Below, piece after piece: positions 48,372 through 58,558 of a DNA stretch of 64,000 bases. The notes below the pieces were generated by a model that worked only from the letters and a program-made list of their open reading frames with translations, searched no databases and was not told the DNA's origin. Each line of letters opens with the position of its first letter. Within the stretch, counting starts at the first letter, position 1. The DNA lies in the NCBI GenBank assembly GCA_947629025.1, contig CANRCC010000004.1, positions 3,300 to 67,299 on the forward strand, read 5' to 3'. Origin of the DNA: an uncultured Bacilli bacterium. Lineage in GTDB: Bacteria; Bacillota_I; Bacilli_A; RF39; UBA660. A program made the position numbers and the translations under genes.

Positions 48372-49116
48372 TAGAAATATATGGTATTATTATTTTTTCT
48401 CCAAGGGTAATATTTTCAATATTATTATATTCTTTTATTTCTTCTATATCTACATTATATTTTGCAGATATTGTTTCAATATTATCATTTTCTCTTACTA
48501 TATGTACATAATATGTTACATATTTTTCATCTTTTTCATTAAAGTTATTAAATATTGATGTAACAACTTCATCTGCTGTAATATTATTTAAACTTGATAC
48601 TTCTTTTACCTCTTCATTAGTTTCTTTAAATAAATTTATAGAATCATCTTCTTGCATTTCATCCTCCATTTTTTCATTAATATTTTCATCAGAAAAACCA
48701 ATATCAATTAGATTTTCTTTAATTAATTGTTCTTGTCTTGGTTCTATTATTAAATCAGGAGTTATTTCTTCTTCCTCTTCATCAATAGTAGCAAGTTCTA
48801 TTCCTTCTATTAAAACATCTATATTTACTCTTAATATTTCTTCATTTATTATTTCAAATCTAAAATCATCTATATCAATATTTACTCTATCCATATCATA
48901 TTTACAATCTAATGTAATATCAAATGGTAGTCCGTGTATAAATGGCTCAGTATTTATAGATGAATCATTCATTTTATAGTCACCACTAACTATAAATTCA
49001 CCTGTTACTATATTATTTGATTCAATATTTAAGTTATGTTCTAATGAAATACTAGTTATTTCAAATATTTTTGTATTAAATTTTATATCTTTACTAAATG
49101 GTATTATTTTTTTCAT
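48358..49116 (-). CDS. SpoVID-like protein (N-terminal SpoVID-type domain, acidic linker, C-terminal LysM)
   Basis: C-terminal LysM YYVHIVRENDNIETISAKYNVDIEEIKEYNNIENITLGEKIIIPY, an acidic middle region and an N-terminal region resembling SpoVID. Synteny with the ysxE-like gene supports the call. Confidence 0.55.
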   Translation of the reverse strand: MKKIIPFSKDIKFNTKIFEITSISLEHNLNIESNNIVTGEFIVSGDYKMNDSSINTEPFIHGLPFDITLDCKYDMDRVNIDIDDFRFEIINEEILRVNIDVLIEGIELATIDEEEEEITPDLIIEPRQEQLIKENLIDIGFSDENINEKMEDEMQEDDSINLFKETNEEVKEVSSLNNITADEVVTSIFNNFNEKDEKYVTYYVHIVRENDNIETISAKYNVDIEEIKEYNNIENITLGEKIIIPYISNETI

Positions 49117-49139
49117 TTATATCCCTCACTTCTAATTAA

Positions 49140-49176
49140 TAATATTAAAATGAGTCCTAAGTTAGAACTCATTTTT
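49140..49176 (-). terminator. Intrinsic terminator of lon
   Basis: Stem aaaatgagt/actcatttt (49147-49155 / 49167-49175) with flanking A and T runs. Confidence 0.55.
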
Positions 49177-49188
49177 AGATATATTTAA

Positions 49189-51498
49189 TTATTTGAATAA
49201 TATATTATATAATTCTATATAATTTGATATAAATACAATATTTATATTTTCTTTTACTTCTTTTGGTATTTCATCTAAATCATTTTCATTATCTTTTGGT
49301 ATATAAATAGTTTTTATTCCAGAATTAAATGCAGCGATTGACTTTTCTTTTAATCCTCCAATTGGAAGTATAGTTCCTCTTAAAGTCATTTCTCCTGTCA
49401 TGGCAACATCATATGGAATTTTTTTATTTTTAAGCATACTTAGTATTGATGTAGTAAGTGACATACCTGCGGATGGTCCATTTTTTGGAATTGCTGTATT
49501 TAGTGCATTTATATGTATATCTAAATCTTTTAATTTCTTTAAATCTATTTTTAGTAAATCTGAATTACTTTTTATATATCCTAAAGAAACAGCCGCACTT
49601 TCTTGCATTACTTTTCCTAAAGATCCAGTCATTATTACATTACCTTTTCCTAAATAACTTGATGATTCTATTGGTAATACTTCTCCTCCAAAATCAGTGT
49701 ATGCTAATCCATTAACAACACCTGCTGAATCATAATTTTCTTTTCTTATATGATAATATTTTTCTTTACCTAAATAATCATATATATTATTCATATTTAT
49801 TATATGTTTTTTCTTCTTTTTATTATAAGTTATATCTTTTGCTACTATTCTCATTATTTTAGATAAGACTCTTTCTAATTGTCTTACTCCTGCTTCTTTT
49901 GTATAATACATAACTATATATTTTAATGTTTCATCATCTATTGATATAAGATTTCTACTTAATCCATGACTTTTTAATAATTTATCATACATATGATTTT
50001 TTACTATATCTATTTTTTCAAACATTGTATAACTAGGTAAATTAATTATTTCAAGTCTATCTCTAAGTGCATATGGAATATCGTTTATGTTATTAGCAGT
50101 TAATATAAACATTACTTTTGATAAATCGTAAGCTTCTTCTAAATAATTATCATAAAATGTATTATTTTGAGTTTGATCTAATACCTCAAGTAATGCGCTT
50201 GCTGGATCTCCTTTAATATCTTTTGTCATTTTATCAATTTCATCTATTAAGAATACTGGATTTGATGATTTTGCTTTTCTAATACCTGATATTATTCTTC
50301 CTGGTTGTGCGCCCATATATGTTCTTCTATGTCCTATTATTTCTGCTTCATCACTAACTCCACCAACAGATATTTTAACAAAATTCCTATTTAATGCTTC
50401 TGATATTGAATATGCAAGTGTTGTTTTACCAACACCTGGTGGACCTACTAAACAAATAATTGGACTTTTATCATCTTTTGTTAATTCTTTTACTGATACA
50501 TATTCTAAGATTCTTTCTTTAATTTCAGTTAATCCATAGTGGGTCTTATCAAGTAATTTTTGTATTTTATTTATATTTTTATTATCTGTTGTATATATTC
50601 CAAATGGCATAGAAAGCATAGTATCTATATAGTTTTTTACAATAGATAGTTCTGGTGATGTTGATGGTATTGTTTCATATTTTCTAATTTCTTTATATAG
50701 TTTTTCTTTTATTTGATCATTTGCTTTTAAATTAAATACTTTATCTTTTAATTGCTCTACTTCATATTCTTTGCTTATATCTTCTCCAAGTTCTTCTTTA
50801 ATAACTCTTATTTTTTCTTTTAATATATATTCTCTATTTGATTTATCAAGTTCTCTTTTTAATTTGCTATCAATTGCTTTATCTACTTGGGATATATTTT
50901 TTTCATCGATAATATCTTTTATAAGTAATTCTGCTCTTGTTATTGCATTTGTTTCAAATATATATTTAATTTTAGTATCAAATTTAAGTGGAAGAATATT
51001 TGTTATTGTATCTGTTAAATTTTCTAGTGATGTTTCATCTGATAATCTTGATATTAATCCATTTGATATATTTGGCATTATAGATATATATGATGTTATT
51101 TCGCTTTTTAATTTTCTAAGCATTGCTTCTTCTTCTATTTTATCATTTTCTTTTATATTTAATGGTCCTATTATCGCATCTAAATTTTTATTTTCTTCTA
51201 TATAGTCATAAATCTTTGCTCTATTAACTCCAACAATACTTAGTCTCATATTGTTATTTGGTAATTCAAAATTACTAGTTATTTTACCAATAGTACCTAT
51301 TTGTGGTAAATCTTCTATTCTTAAAACTTCTTCTGTTATACATTCTGGTGAAATTAATAATATATAGTTTTCATGATTATTTATTGCTTTATATATTATA
51401 TTTTTATCTTCTTCATTACTAACTTCTAATTTAAGTTCACCATGTGGGAGGATAATCATGTTTCTTAATACTATAACTGGTAATTTTGTTTTAAACAT
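49189..51498 (-). CDS. lon: ATP-dependent Lon protease (LonA type)
   Basis: Walker A GPPGVGKTT and catalytic Ser motif PKNGPSAGMS. ATG 51498 (MFKTKLPVIVLRN) is preferred over TTG 51537 because GAGGAGG lies upstream. Confidence 0.93.
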   Translation of the reverse strand: MFKTKLPVIVLRNMIILPHGELKLEVSNEEDKNIIYKAINNHENYILLISPECITEEVLRIEDLPQIGTIGKITSNFELPNNNMRLSIVGVNRAKIYDYIEENKNLDAIIGPLNIKENDKIEEEAMLRKLKSEITSYISIMPNISNGLISRLSDETSLENLTDTITNILPLKFDTKIKYIFETNAITRAELLIKDIIDEKNISQVDKAIDSKLKRELDKSNREYILKEKIRVIKEELGEDISKEYEVEQLKDKVFNLKANDQIKEKLYKEIRKYETIPSTSPELSIVKNYIDTMLSMPFGIYTTDNKNINKIQKLLDKTHYGLTEIKERILEYVSVKELTKDDKSPIICLVGPPGVGKTTLAYSISEALNRNFVKISVGGVSDEAEIIGHRRTYMGAQPGRIISGIRKAKSSNPVFLIDEIDKMTKDIKGDPASALLEVLDQTQNNTFYDNYLEEAYDLSKVMFILTANNINDIPYALRDRLEIINLPSYTMFEKIDIVKNHMYDKLLKSHGLSRNLISIDDETLKYIVMYYTKEAGVRQLERVLSKIMRIVAKDITYNKKKKKHIINMNNIYDYLGKEKYYHIRKENYDSAGVVNGLAYTDFGGEVLPIESSSYLGKGNVIMTGSLGKVMQESAAVSLGYIKSNSDLLKIDLKKLKDLDIHINALNTAIPKNGPSAGMSLTTSILSMLKNKKIPYDVAMTGEMTLRGTILPIGGLKEKSIAAFNSGIKTIYIPKDNENDLDEIPKEVKENINIVFISNYIELYNILFK

Positions 51499-51542
51499 AA
51501 GTACATGTACCTCCTCATCAAGTAATTTAATAAACAATGTTT

Positions 51543-51570
51543 ATTATAAATTAAATAAAAAAATTGTCAA
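51543..51570 (-). promoter_or_regulatory. Sigma-A type promoter of lon
   Basis: On the minus strand: TTGACA (51565-51570), 16 nt spacer, then TATAAT (51543-51548). Confidence 0.6.
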
Positions 51571-51596
51571 TAAAAAAGCACAAACTTGTGCTTATT
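51571..51596 (-). terminator. Intrinsic terminator after 51676..52488
   Basis: Stem aagcaca/tgtgctt (about 51577-51594) with flanking A and T runs. Confidence 0.5.
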
Positions 51597-51675
51597 TTTT
51601 TAGTCTTTTAACATATAGATAAATTTATTAAAATATGTCAAGTAATATTAGTAATTTTTTTATATTTTTTTAATA

Positions 51676-52488
51676 CTAATATGCGATCATATTTTTGATA
51701 ATATAGTTATTATTATCATTAATTTCATATGTTATTTTTATTTTGTATGCAACTAAATCTTCAGGGTAAGTTACATTACTTTCATCAATATATGTATCTA
51801 TTACACTAGCATCTTTAGAATATAATACATCTATAACTAACTCATATGTATCATTAGTTTTAGTTATAGAGTTAGCTTTTAAAATAGAATTACGATCTAT
51901 TCCAGTAGATGATACACTATATAAAATATTATCTTTTATTGGTGATTCATATCCTGCTTCTTTATATCTTAATAAGCTATAATCAGCATTACTAGGAAGG
52001 CTTTCTCCATAAATTTTTTCATATTCTTGTTTAAAATAATCATAATCTATTCCTATTAAACCAGTTCCCTCTTCTCCATAATGTAATTTAGATTGATCAG
52101 TACAGTTTTTATAAATATAGTAATATCCTAATTTAATTTTAACTTGATCACTTAATAAATCTTGACTATTTCTACTTTCTTGTGGTATTAATGAACCATC
52201 AGTTGTTAGGTTTAATTCTTCTAAACCATACCATAAATTTGATAATTTCATATTAGCATTAGTTTTATCAAAACTAATATTTTCTATTTCATTTTTTTCG
52301 CTTTTACTTTCTTCTTTATTTACTTGCGTTTTAGTGTCGTTTTTAGTACTTTCACTATTAGTCTTTGTTCCTAAGTACCACCCTAATACACCAGATGCTA
52401 CAACTAATAAGATTACTAGTATAATAACCCAGTATTTAGGTTTCTTTTTAACATTATTTTCTACTTGCATTTGATAATTATTATCCAT
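51676..52488 (-). CDS. Membrane-anchored hypothetical protein
   Basis: ATG 52488 (MDNNYQ) is preferred because AAAGGAGAA lies 6 nt upstream. One TM helix, a polar linker and a ~190-aa ectodomain. Confidence 0.6.
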   Translation of the reverse strand: MDNNYQMQVENNVKKKPKYWVIILVILLVVASGVLGWYLGTKTNSESTKNDTKTQVNKEESKSEKNEIENISFDKTNANMKLSNLWYGLEELNLTTDGSLIPQESRNSQDLLSDQVKIKLGYYYIYKNCTDQSKLHYGEEGTGLIGIDYDYFKQEYEKIYGESLPSNADYSLLRYKEAGYESPIKDNILYSVSSTGIDRNSILKANSITKTNDTYELVIDVLYSKDASVIDTYIDESNVTYPEDLVAYKIKITYEINDNNNYIIKNMIAY

Positions 52489-52581
52489 ATCAAATTCTCC
52501 TTTCTTATAAACTAATTTTAACATACATCTTAAACATTATTTCATATTAATAATGTTATTTATACCTTTTTAACTAACTAA

Positions 52582-52608
52582 TGTAAAAAAAAGAGTTAAA
52601 CTCTTTTT
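52582..52608 (-). terminator. Intrinsic terminator of tig
   Basis: Stem aagagtt/aactctt (52591-52605). On the minus strand a U8 run follows it. The tig stop codon abuts the stem. Confidence 0.65.
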
Positions 52609-53848
52609 ACTTTTTTATTATATCAATAACTTTTTGCATTTGTAGTTCATATTTAATAGCTTCTATTCCACCAAATTCTTTTATTAATTCTTCCTTAGTC
52701 ATATTATATTTTTTAGATAAATCTTCAGCTTCTTTATCAGCTTCTTTATCTGTTACTTCAACTTTCTCTATAGTAGCAATTTCTTCAAGCATAAATCTAT
52801 ATTTTACTCTTTTAGTTGCTTCTTCTCTCATTTGATATTTTAAAGCATCTTCATTTGAGTTAGTAAACTTATAGAACATTTCAAGTGTTATTCCTTGCAT
52901 TTTTAAATTATCTTCATATTGATGCATCATTCTATGAATTTCTTCTTCTATTAATTCTTCTGGTAGTTCAACCTGCGTATTTTCTTCTGCTTTTGCAAGT
53001 AAATCATCAACATATTTATTTTCTATTTCATATTCTTTTTTTGCTTCTAAATCAACTTTAATTAAATCTCTTAATTGTTCTTCAGTTGTTATATCATCAT
53101 ATCCTAAATCTTTAAAGAATTCTTCATTCATACTTGGTAATTCTTTAGTTTTAACTTCATGAACTTTTACTTTAAATACTACTTTAGCTCCTTTTAAATC
53201 TTCTGCATGATAATCATTAGGGAATGTTACATTAATATCTTTTTCATCGCCTGCTTTAAGACCAATTAATTGTTCTTCAAATCCAGGTATAAATGTATTA
53301 CTTCCTATTTCAAGAGGATAATTTTCTGCTTTACCACCATCAAATGCTACATCATCTTTAAATCCCTCATAATCGATAACAGCAATATCACCATTTTCAA
53401 TTTTACCATCTTTTATAACAATATCAGCATATTTTTCAAGTAAACTATTTATTTGATCATCTATTTCTTTTTTAGTAACGCTTACCTTTTCTTTTTTTAC
53501 TCCTAATTGTGTATATTTTTTAATTTTAACCTCTGGCTTAGTAGTTATTGTAAATAATATTGTAACTCCTTTTTCATTTACCTCTTTTATATCTATTTTA
53601 GGCATAATTATTGGAATTAAATTATCTTTTTCTATAGCTTTAGAATATGAATCTGGTAATACTATATTAATTGCTTCTTCATATAATGATTCAATTCCAA
53701 AATTTTTCTCAAAAATATTTCTTGGTACTTTTCCTTTTCTAAAACCATTTACTTTTACATTTTTTTGTGCTTTTTTAAATGATTCATCTAATGCTTTTGT
53801 CCATGTTTTTTCATCTACTTTTATTTCTATTTCATGTATATTTTTCAT
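52607..53848 (-). CDS. tig: Trigger factor
   Basis: 413 aa. Ribosome-binding motif GFRKGKVP, a central FKBP-type PPIase domain and a C-terminal helical arm. Confidence 0.93.
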   Translation of the reverse strand: MKNIHEIEIKVDEKTWTKALDESFKKAQKNVKVNGFRKGKVPRNIFEKNFGIESLYEEAINIVLPDSYSKAIEKDNLIPIIMPKIDIKEVNEKGVTILFTITTKPEVKIKKYTQLGVKKEKVSVTKKEIDDQINSLLEKYADIVIKDGKIENGDIAVIDYEGFKDDVAFDGGKAENYPLEIGSNTFIPGFEEQLIGLKAGDEKDINVTFPNDYHAEDLKGAKVVFKVKVHEVKTKELPSMNEEFFKDLGYDDITTEEQLRDLIKVDLEAKKEYEIENKYVDDLLAKAEENTQVELPEELIEEEIHRMMHQYEDNLKMQGITLEMFYKFTNSNEDALKYQMREEATKRVKYRFMLEEIATIEKVEVTDKEADKEAEDLSKKYNMTKEELIKEFGGIEAIKYELQMQKVIDIIKK

Positions 53849-53876
53849 AATATCCTCCTCAAATAAAATCTATATT

Positions 53877-53905
53877 ATTATATAATAATTAAAATTTTAT
53901 ATCAA
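53877..53905 (-). promoter_or_regulatory. Sigma-A type promoter of tig
   Basis: On the minus strand: TTGATA (53900-53905), 17 nt spacer, then TATAAT (53877-53882). Confidence 0.6.
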
Positions 53906-53935
53906 TAGTTAAATTAACTTATTTTACTAAAAAAT

Positions 53936-53966
53936 GTAAAAAAAGTATTAGATATTTCTAATACTG
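53936..53966 (-). terminator. Intrinsic terminator after the 96-aa gene
   Basis: Perfect 9-bp stem agtattaga/tctaatact (53944-53965) encloses the stop codon at 53948-53950. On the minus strand a U run follows it. Confidence 0.65.
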
Positions 53967-54238
53967 TTATACTTAAATAAAAATTTTTTAGGCATATTAT
54001 CTAAATTGCTATTTTTATCTAACAAATTATCTACTGCACTTTTATCTAGAGTACTTGAAAGTATACTAACTTTTTTATATCCTTTTTCTTCAAGTTCAAA
54101 TACTCTCATTACTAAATCTCCTGTTTCACTAAAAAATTCACTACGCTTTTTCTTTAAAGTTAAATTGCCATCTGTATTACATATTAAATATTTTGTTAAT
54201 TTCTTTGATGAATTAACTTCATACATATGCATATTCAT
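53948..54238 (-). CDS. Small hypothetical protein (96 aa)
   Basis: GGAGGA lies 6 nt before the ATG. The gene sits 19 nt downstream of greA and has its own terminator. No motif recognised. Confidence 0.55.
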   Translation of the reverse strand: MNMHMYEVNSSKKLTKYLICNTDGNLTLKKKRSEFFSETGDLVMRVFELEEKGYKKVSILSSTLDKSAVDNLLDKNSNLDNMPKKFLFKYNSIRNI

Positions 54239-54257
54239 ATTTTATCCTCCAGTTTGA

Positions 54258-54731
54258 TTATTTTATTGCAGTAATTTTTATTTTATAACTTCCATTTGGA
54301 CTTTCAACATCAACTATATCTCCAACCTTTTTTCCCATTATAACTTTTGCGATTGGTGATTCATTTGATATTTTATTTTCAAATGGATCTGCTTCAGTAC
54401 TTCCTACTATTTTATATTCTTCTACTTCATCATCATCAATATATTCTATTTCTACTTTAGATCCTACTCTTACTTCTTTTGATGAACCCTCTTCTATTAT
54501 AGTAGCATTTTCTATTAAATATTCTAATTCTTTTATTCTAGACTCAACTTGACCTTGTCTTTCTTTTGCTGCATGATACTCAGCATTTTCAGATAAATCA
54601 CCAAGTGCTCTTGCTTCTTTTATCGCATTTATAATATCTGGTCTTTGATTTTTAGTTAAATCTTCTAATTCTTGTTTTAATTCTTCTAATCCTTCTTTTG
54701 TTATATAACATTCTTGTTTTAAAGTTGCCAT
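54258..54731 (-). CDS. greA: Transcription elongation factor GreA
   Basis: KEARALGDLSENAEYHAAKERQ coiled-coil motif and a C-terminal FKBP-like domain. ATG 54731 is preferred because GAGGTGA lies 5 nt upstream. Confidence 0.92.
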   Translation of the reverse strand: MATLKQECYITKEGLEELKQELEDLTKNQRPDIINAIKEARALGDLSENAEYHAAKERQGQVESRIKELEYLIENATIIEEGSSKEVRVGSKVEIEYIDDDEVEEYKIVGSTEADPFENKISNESPIAKVIMGKKVGDIVDVESPNGSYKIKITAIK

Positions 54732-54797
54732 ATAATTCACCTCTTCTTTTACGCTTTAATTAGCATGAAAAAATCATACTACATTTTAATAAGTTTG

Positions 54798-56003
54798 TCA
54801 ACCTAAAAAATTAACACGAAGTAGATCATTTTTATCTACACTTTTATTACAAGGAATTCTAAGTATTTCTCTTGGATGCCTTGCTGCATCTACTTTTTCT
54901 CCTTGCTCGTTTTTAATATATGATACTTCTATATTAAATGATTCCTTTTTTGGCCCAAAAATATTGATAATATCGCCCTTTTTAAAGAAATTTCTCTGTT
55001 CTATTATTATTTCTTTATTATCCTTATCATAACCTAATACTATACCTAAAAAGTCTTGATTAGTATTTTCTTCTCTATCATTATAATATTGCTCATTAAC
55101 ACCTGGAAATGAATTAAAATATTGATCAATTGTTTCTCTATTAGCACATCTATAAAGTTCTATTTCATCATTTTTATCATATTTATAATTTTTTCTATCT
55201 TCATAATATCTATCAATTACTCTTCTATATACACTTATTATTGTAGCAATATAATATATAGATTTCATTCTTCCCTCTATTTTAAATGATTCAACGCCCA
55301 TATCAATTAAATCATTAATATATCTTAAAAGAGATAAATCTTTTGGCGCAAATGAAAAATCAACATTATTATTTATCTTATTTTTATATTTATCATATAA
55401 ATCAAATGTCCATCTACATATTTGAGCGCATCCTCCTCTATTTGAATCTCTATTAGTAAAGTAGTTAGATAACATACATTTACCACTATAACTAACACAC
55501 ATAGCGCCATGTATAAATACTTCAACAGGCATATTTGTTTCATCTATTATTTTTTTTATATCTTCTTTTTTACATTCTCTTGCAAGTACTACTCTTTTTA
55601 CTCCCTCTTTTTTATAGAATTTAACTACTTCTTTATTTAATATTGAAGCTTGAGTACTAATATGAATATCTAAATCAATATTATTTTCTTTAATTAAATC
55701 AATTATAAATAAATCAGAAACAATTATTGCATCTACTTTTATTTTACTTAATGTTTTTAAATAGTCTAAAATATCATCTAAATCATCTTCATGAAATATC
55801 ATATTTACGGTAACATATACTTTTGCATTATTTTTATGGGCAAACTCTACTCCCTCTTTAATTTCATCAATAGTAAAATTGATTGCATTTGCACGCAAAC
55901 TAAAATTTTTACCACCAATATATACTGCATCAGCACCATACATTATAGCCCATTTTAATCTTTCTAAATTTCCCGCAGGGGCAAGTAATTCTACTTTATT
56001 CAT
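54798..56003 (-). CDS. Peptidase U32 family protein (YrrO/TrhP-like)
   Basis: 401 aa. N-terminal VELLAPAGNLERLKWAIMYGADAVYIGG and the U32 signature EVFIHGAMCVSYSGKCMLS. Confidence 0.85.
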   Translation of the reverse strand: MNKVELLAPAGNLERLKWAIMYGADAVYIGGKNFSLRANAINFTIDEIKEGVEFAHKNNAKVYVTVNMIFHEDDLDDILDYLKTLSKIKVDAIIVSDLFIIDLIKENNIDLDIHISTQASILNKEVVKFYKKEGVKRVVLARECKKEDIKKIIDETNMPVEVFIHGAMCVSYSGKCMLSNYFTNRDSNRGGCAQICRWTFDLYDKYKNKINNNVDFSFAPKDLSLLRYINDLIDMGVESFKIEGRMKSIYYIATIISVYRRVIDRYYEDRKNYKYDKNDEIELYRCANRETIDQYFNSFPGVNEQYYNDREENTNQDFLGIVLGYDKDNKEIIIEQRNFFKKGDIINIFGPKKESFNIEVSYIKNEQGEKVDAARHPREILRIPCNKSVDKNDLLRVNFLG

Positions 56004-56898
56004 TTTCTTTCACCTTAAATATTGTTTTATTATTAAAAAATCCATCATAAGTATTACAATAATTATTACTATCTATAACATCATATAATTTATTAATAAA
56101 GTCTTTATCATTTGGAGAATTTTTAAGTGCACAAAAAGCTTCTATTACATTATAAAATACTTGAGGACTTATCATATAATCATCTAAGTATATTGCTTGT
56201 AAGTTTTTATTTGATATAATTTTTGAATATTCTTTTATTCCATTTAATATCTTTGATGAAAAGAAATTAGTATTATCTTCTTCTACTATAGGATAATAAT
56301 CATCACTATTTTTTTCTTTTATATAATACTTATTTTCTTCTTTTTCTTTTTTTATAAATTTAAAATAATTAGTTAATAAGCTTCTTGATGATGTTGATTG
56401 ATTTAAGTATCCAAATAAAGTTATATAAGCTTTTATATTAATATTATCTAATATTTTTATTATCTCATCTATTGTAAGTTCATTACTTAATAATACGCCA
56501 GATATATTTCTTTTTGCTAAAAAGTTTATTGTTTTTGAATTAGTTGCTTTATGTATACCATACCAAATTAAATTTATTTTTAAAGAGTTATCTTCATTAA
56601 TATTAACAATTGATAAATCATCAAAGAAAACACCTGATATTTTTAGTTTACTTATTTTAAATAATAAGTCTTTTAATTTTGATATTTGGTCATTAAAATA
56701 TAACTTATTTAAAACAATATATATATCTTTATTTTTAGAATTAAGTAAATCTATATAATATTCAAGTTCATTTATATCTACATAATTATTAAAGTTTTCA
56801 CTATATTCTTTAATACCAATAGTAAAGCCATCTACATTATTTTCTAAGTAAAAATCTATTTTATCTTTTTTAGGAAGAGGTACGATAATTTTACTCAT
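55996..56898 (-). CDS. U32-family protein lacking the signature Cys motif (YrrN-like)
   Basis: 300 aa. TIM-barrel-like U32 N-terminal pattern. It overlaps both neighbours by 8 nt and its position matches B. subtilis yrrN. Confidence 0.65.
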   Translation of the reverse strand: MSKIIVPLPKKDKIDFYLENNVDGFTIGIKEYSENFNNYVDINELEYYIDLLNSKNKDIYIVLNKLYFNDQISKLKDLLFKISKLKISGVFFDDLSIVNINEDNSLKINLIWYGIHKATNSKTINFLAKRNISGVLLSNELTIDEIIKILDNINIKAYITLFGYLNQSTSSRSLLTNYFKFIKKEKEENKYYIKEKNSDDYYPIVEEDNTNFFSSKILNGIKEYSKIISNKNLQAIYLDDYMISPQVFYNVIEAFCALKNSPNDKDFINKLYDVIDSNNYCNTYDGFFNNKTIFKVKENE

Positions 56899-57490
56899 TA
56901 TCTAAATCCTTTCTATATGTAATAGCAATTCCATCACCTATTTTATAAAACTTTGTAGTATATTTTTTATTATTAATTAAAAATTCTTTATATTTATTTA
57001 TCTTAGTAACAAGTTGTCTTAAATTTTTATTTTCTATTTTATCTACCTCATCAGTAAGTCCATGAAAACTCATATTATCACTTACGATTACTCCATCTTC
57101 TTTAAGATTTTTTTCATATTTTTTAAAGAATTTAGTGTACTGGCTTTTAGCAGCATCTATAAATAACATATCAAATTTACCATCTAAATTAATATTTAGT
57201 GCATCACCTAATATTAATGTTATTCTCTTTTCTAATTTCATCTTTTTAATATTTTTTAAAGCTTCTATATATTTATCTTGATCTCTTTCTATAGATACTA
57301 TATTAATATCTTTATTAACAAGTGCCATTTTAATAGAAGAATATCCTATTGCAGTTCCTATTTCTAATATGATTTTTATTTCATTTTTTTCTATAAATTT
57401 ACATAAAAAATTTATACCTTTCTTTTGCATAATAGGTACATTATTTTCTTCTGCATATTTTTCTATTTCTTTTAATATATCTTCTTTCAT
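56891..57490 (-). CDS. Class I SAM-dependent O-methyltransferase (YrrM/TrmR-like)
   Basis: 199 aa. SAM motif ILEIGTAIGYSS and acidic FIDAAK. In an operon with the two U32 genes as in B. subtilis yrrMNO. Confidence 0.75.
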   Translation of the reverse strand: MKEDILKEIEKYAEENNVPIMQKKGINFLCKFIEKNEIKIILEIGTAIGYSSIKMALVNKDINIVSIERDQDKYIEALKNIKKMKLEKRITLILGDALNINLDGKFDMLFIDAAKSQYTKFFKKYEKNLKEDGVIVSDNMSFHGLTDEVDKIENKNLRQLVTKINKYKEFLINNKKYTTKFYKIGDGIAITYRKDLDNE

Positions 57491-57521
57491 TTTATTACTC
57501 CTTAAAAAATGAGATAAACTC

Positions 57522-57797
57522 TCACTTATTATTTTTAACTAAAGTAGATAATATACCCTCTACCATTTTCCATTCTTCTTCTGTTTGTATATCACCTAAA
57601 TCACATGTTTCAAGTCCTGGTGTATATGTTTTAGCATATGTTCTAATGCTTCCATCATCATCTGTTGTATTATCTGTAAATATTATATAATTTTTACCAG
57701 TTGATTTTAAATCAAAAGTAAAAAGTATATCACAATCTATTTTATTACCATTTTCATCAATATAAGTAAATTTATTTACTTCTTTCTTTTTATTCAT
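57522..57797 (-). CDS. DUF1292 family protein (YrzB-like)
   Basis: 91 aa. Pattern ILFTFD..GKNYIIFTD..TEEEWKMVEGIL matches the YrzB family, and it sits next to ruvX. Confidence 0.75.
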   Translation of the reverse strand: MNKKKEVNKFTYIDENGNKIDCDILFTFDLKSTGKNYIIFTDNTTDDDGSIRTYAKTYTPGLETCDLGDIQTEEEWKMVEGILSTLVKNNK

Positions 57798-57799
57798 TA

Positions 57800-58222
57800 T
57801 TATCCTCTTTTCTTACAATCTAAATAATTTTGAAGAATTATAGTAGCTGCTAAAGAATCTACATGTTCTTTTCTTTTTTTTCTTGATACATCATCCATAA
57901 GCATTATGTTATTAGCTTCAACGCTAGATAATCTTTCATCTTGCATATCAACTATAACATCTATATTTTTTTCTATTAATTCTTTAAATTTTAAACTTCT
58001 ATCAGCAGCATAACCAAGCGTATTATTCATATTTTTTGGTAGTCCTAAAACTATATTTTTTATATTAAATTCATTTATTATATCTTTTAATTTTGGAATT
58101 AATGATTCATAATCTTCATTATCAAATTTTAATGTTTTATATGAATTTGCGATTAGTCCTAAATTATCACTTAGGGCTATTCCTAAAGTTTTAGTACCTA
58201 AATCAAGTCCTAAATATCTCAT
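57800..58222 (-). CDS. ruvX: Putative pre-16S rRNA nuclease / Holliday junction resolvase-like YqgF (RuvX)
   Basis: 140 aa. N-terminal LGLDLGTKTLGIALSD and DERLSS motifs. Confidence 0.88.
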   Translation of the reverse strand: MRYLGLDLGTKTLGIALSDNLGLIANSYKTLKFDNEDYESLIPKLKDIINEFNIKNIVLGLPKNMNNTLGYAADRSLKFKELIEKNIDVIVDMQDERLSSVEANNIMLMDDVSRKKRKEHVDSLAATIILQNYLDCKKRG

Positions 58223-58467
58223 TATTTCATATAATTTCTAAGTAGAACTTCAACAATTTGTGTTCTTTCTAACTTAGAAATCTTCTTTCTAGATTCTTTA
58301 TAAGTAGAAATATATCCTGGATCACCACTTATTAAATAACCAACTATTTGATTAATTGGATTATAACCTTTTTCTTCAAGAGCGTCATATACTTCTTTTA
58401 TTATTTGTTCAACTAATACATCATCTATATCAGATACATCAAACAAAAAAGTAGTATTTGATTCCAT
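58222..58467 (-). CDS. UPF0297 family protein (YrzL/IreB-like)
   Basis: 81 aa. VYDALEEKGYNPINQIVGYLISGDPGYIS is the conserved family core. Confidence 0.8.
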   Translation of the reverse strand: MESNTTFLFDVSDIDDVLVEQIIKEVYDALEEKGYNPINQIVGYLISGDPGYISTYKESRKKISKLERTQIVEVLLRNYMK

Positions 58468-58529
58468 AAAATCACCTCTTTAAAATAATTCATATATAGT
58501 ATAACATAACTTTTATCAAAAATAAAGAC

Positions 58530-58558
58530 TAGATAAAAACCTACTATTTAGTAGGTTC
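58530..58558 (-). terminator. Intrinsic terminator after trmK (end of the dnaG-sigA-trmK unit)
   Basis: Stem aacctact/agtaggtt (58538-58557) encloses the stop codon at 58544-58546. The U run is short. Confidence 0.5.
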
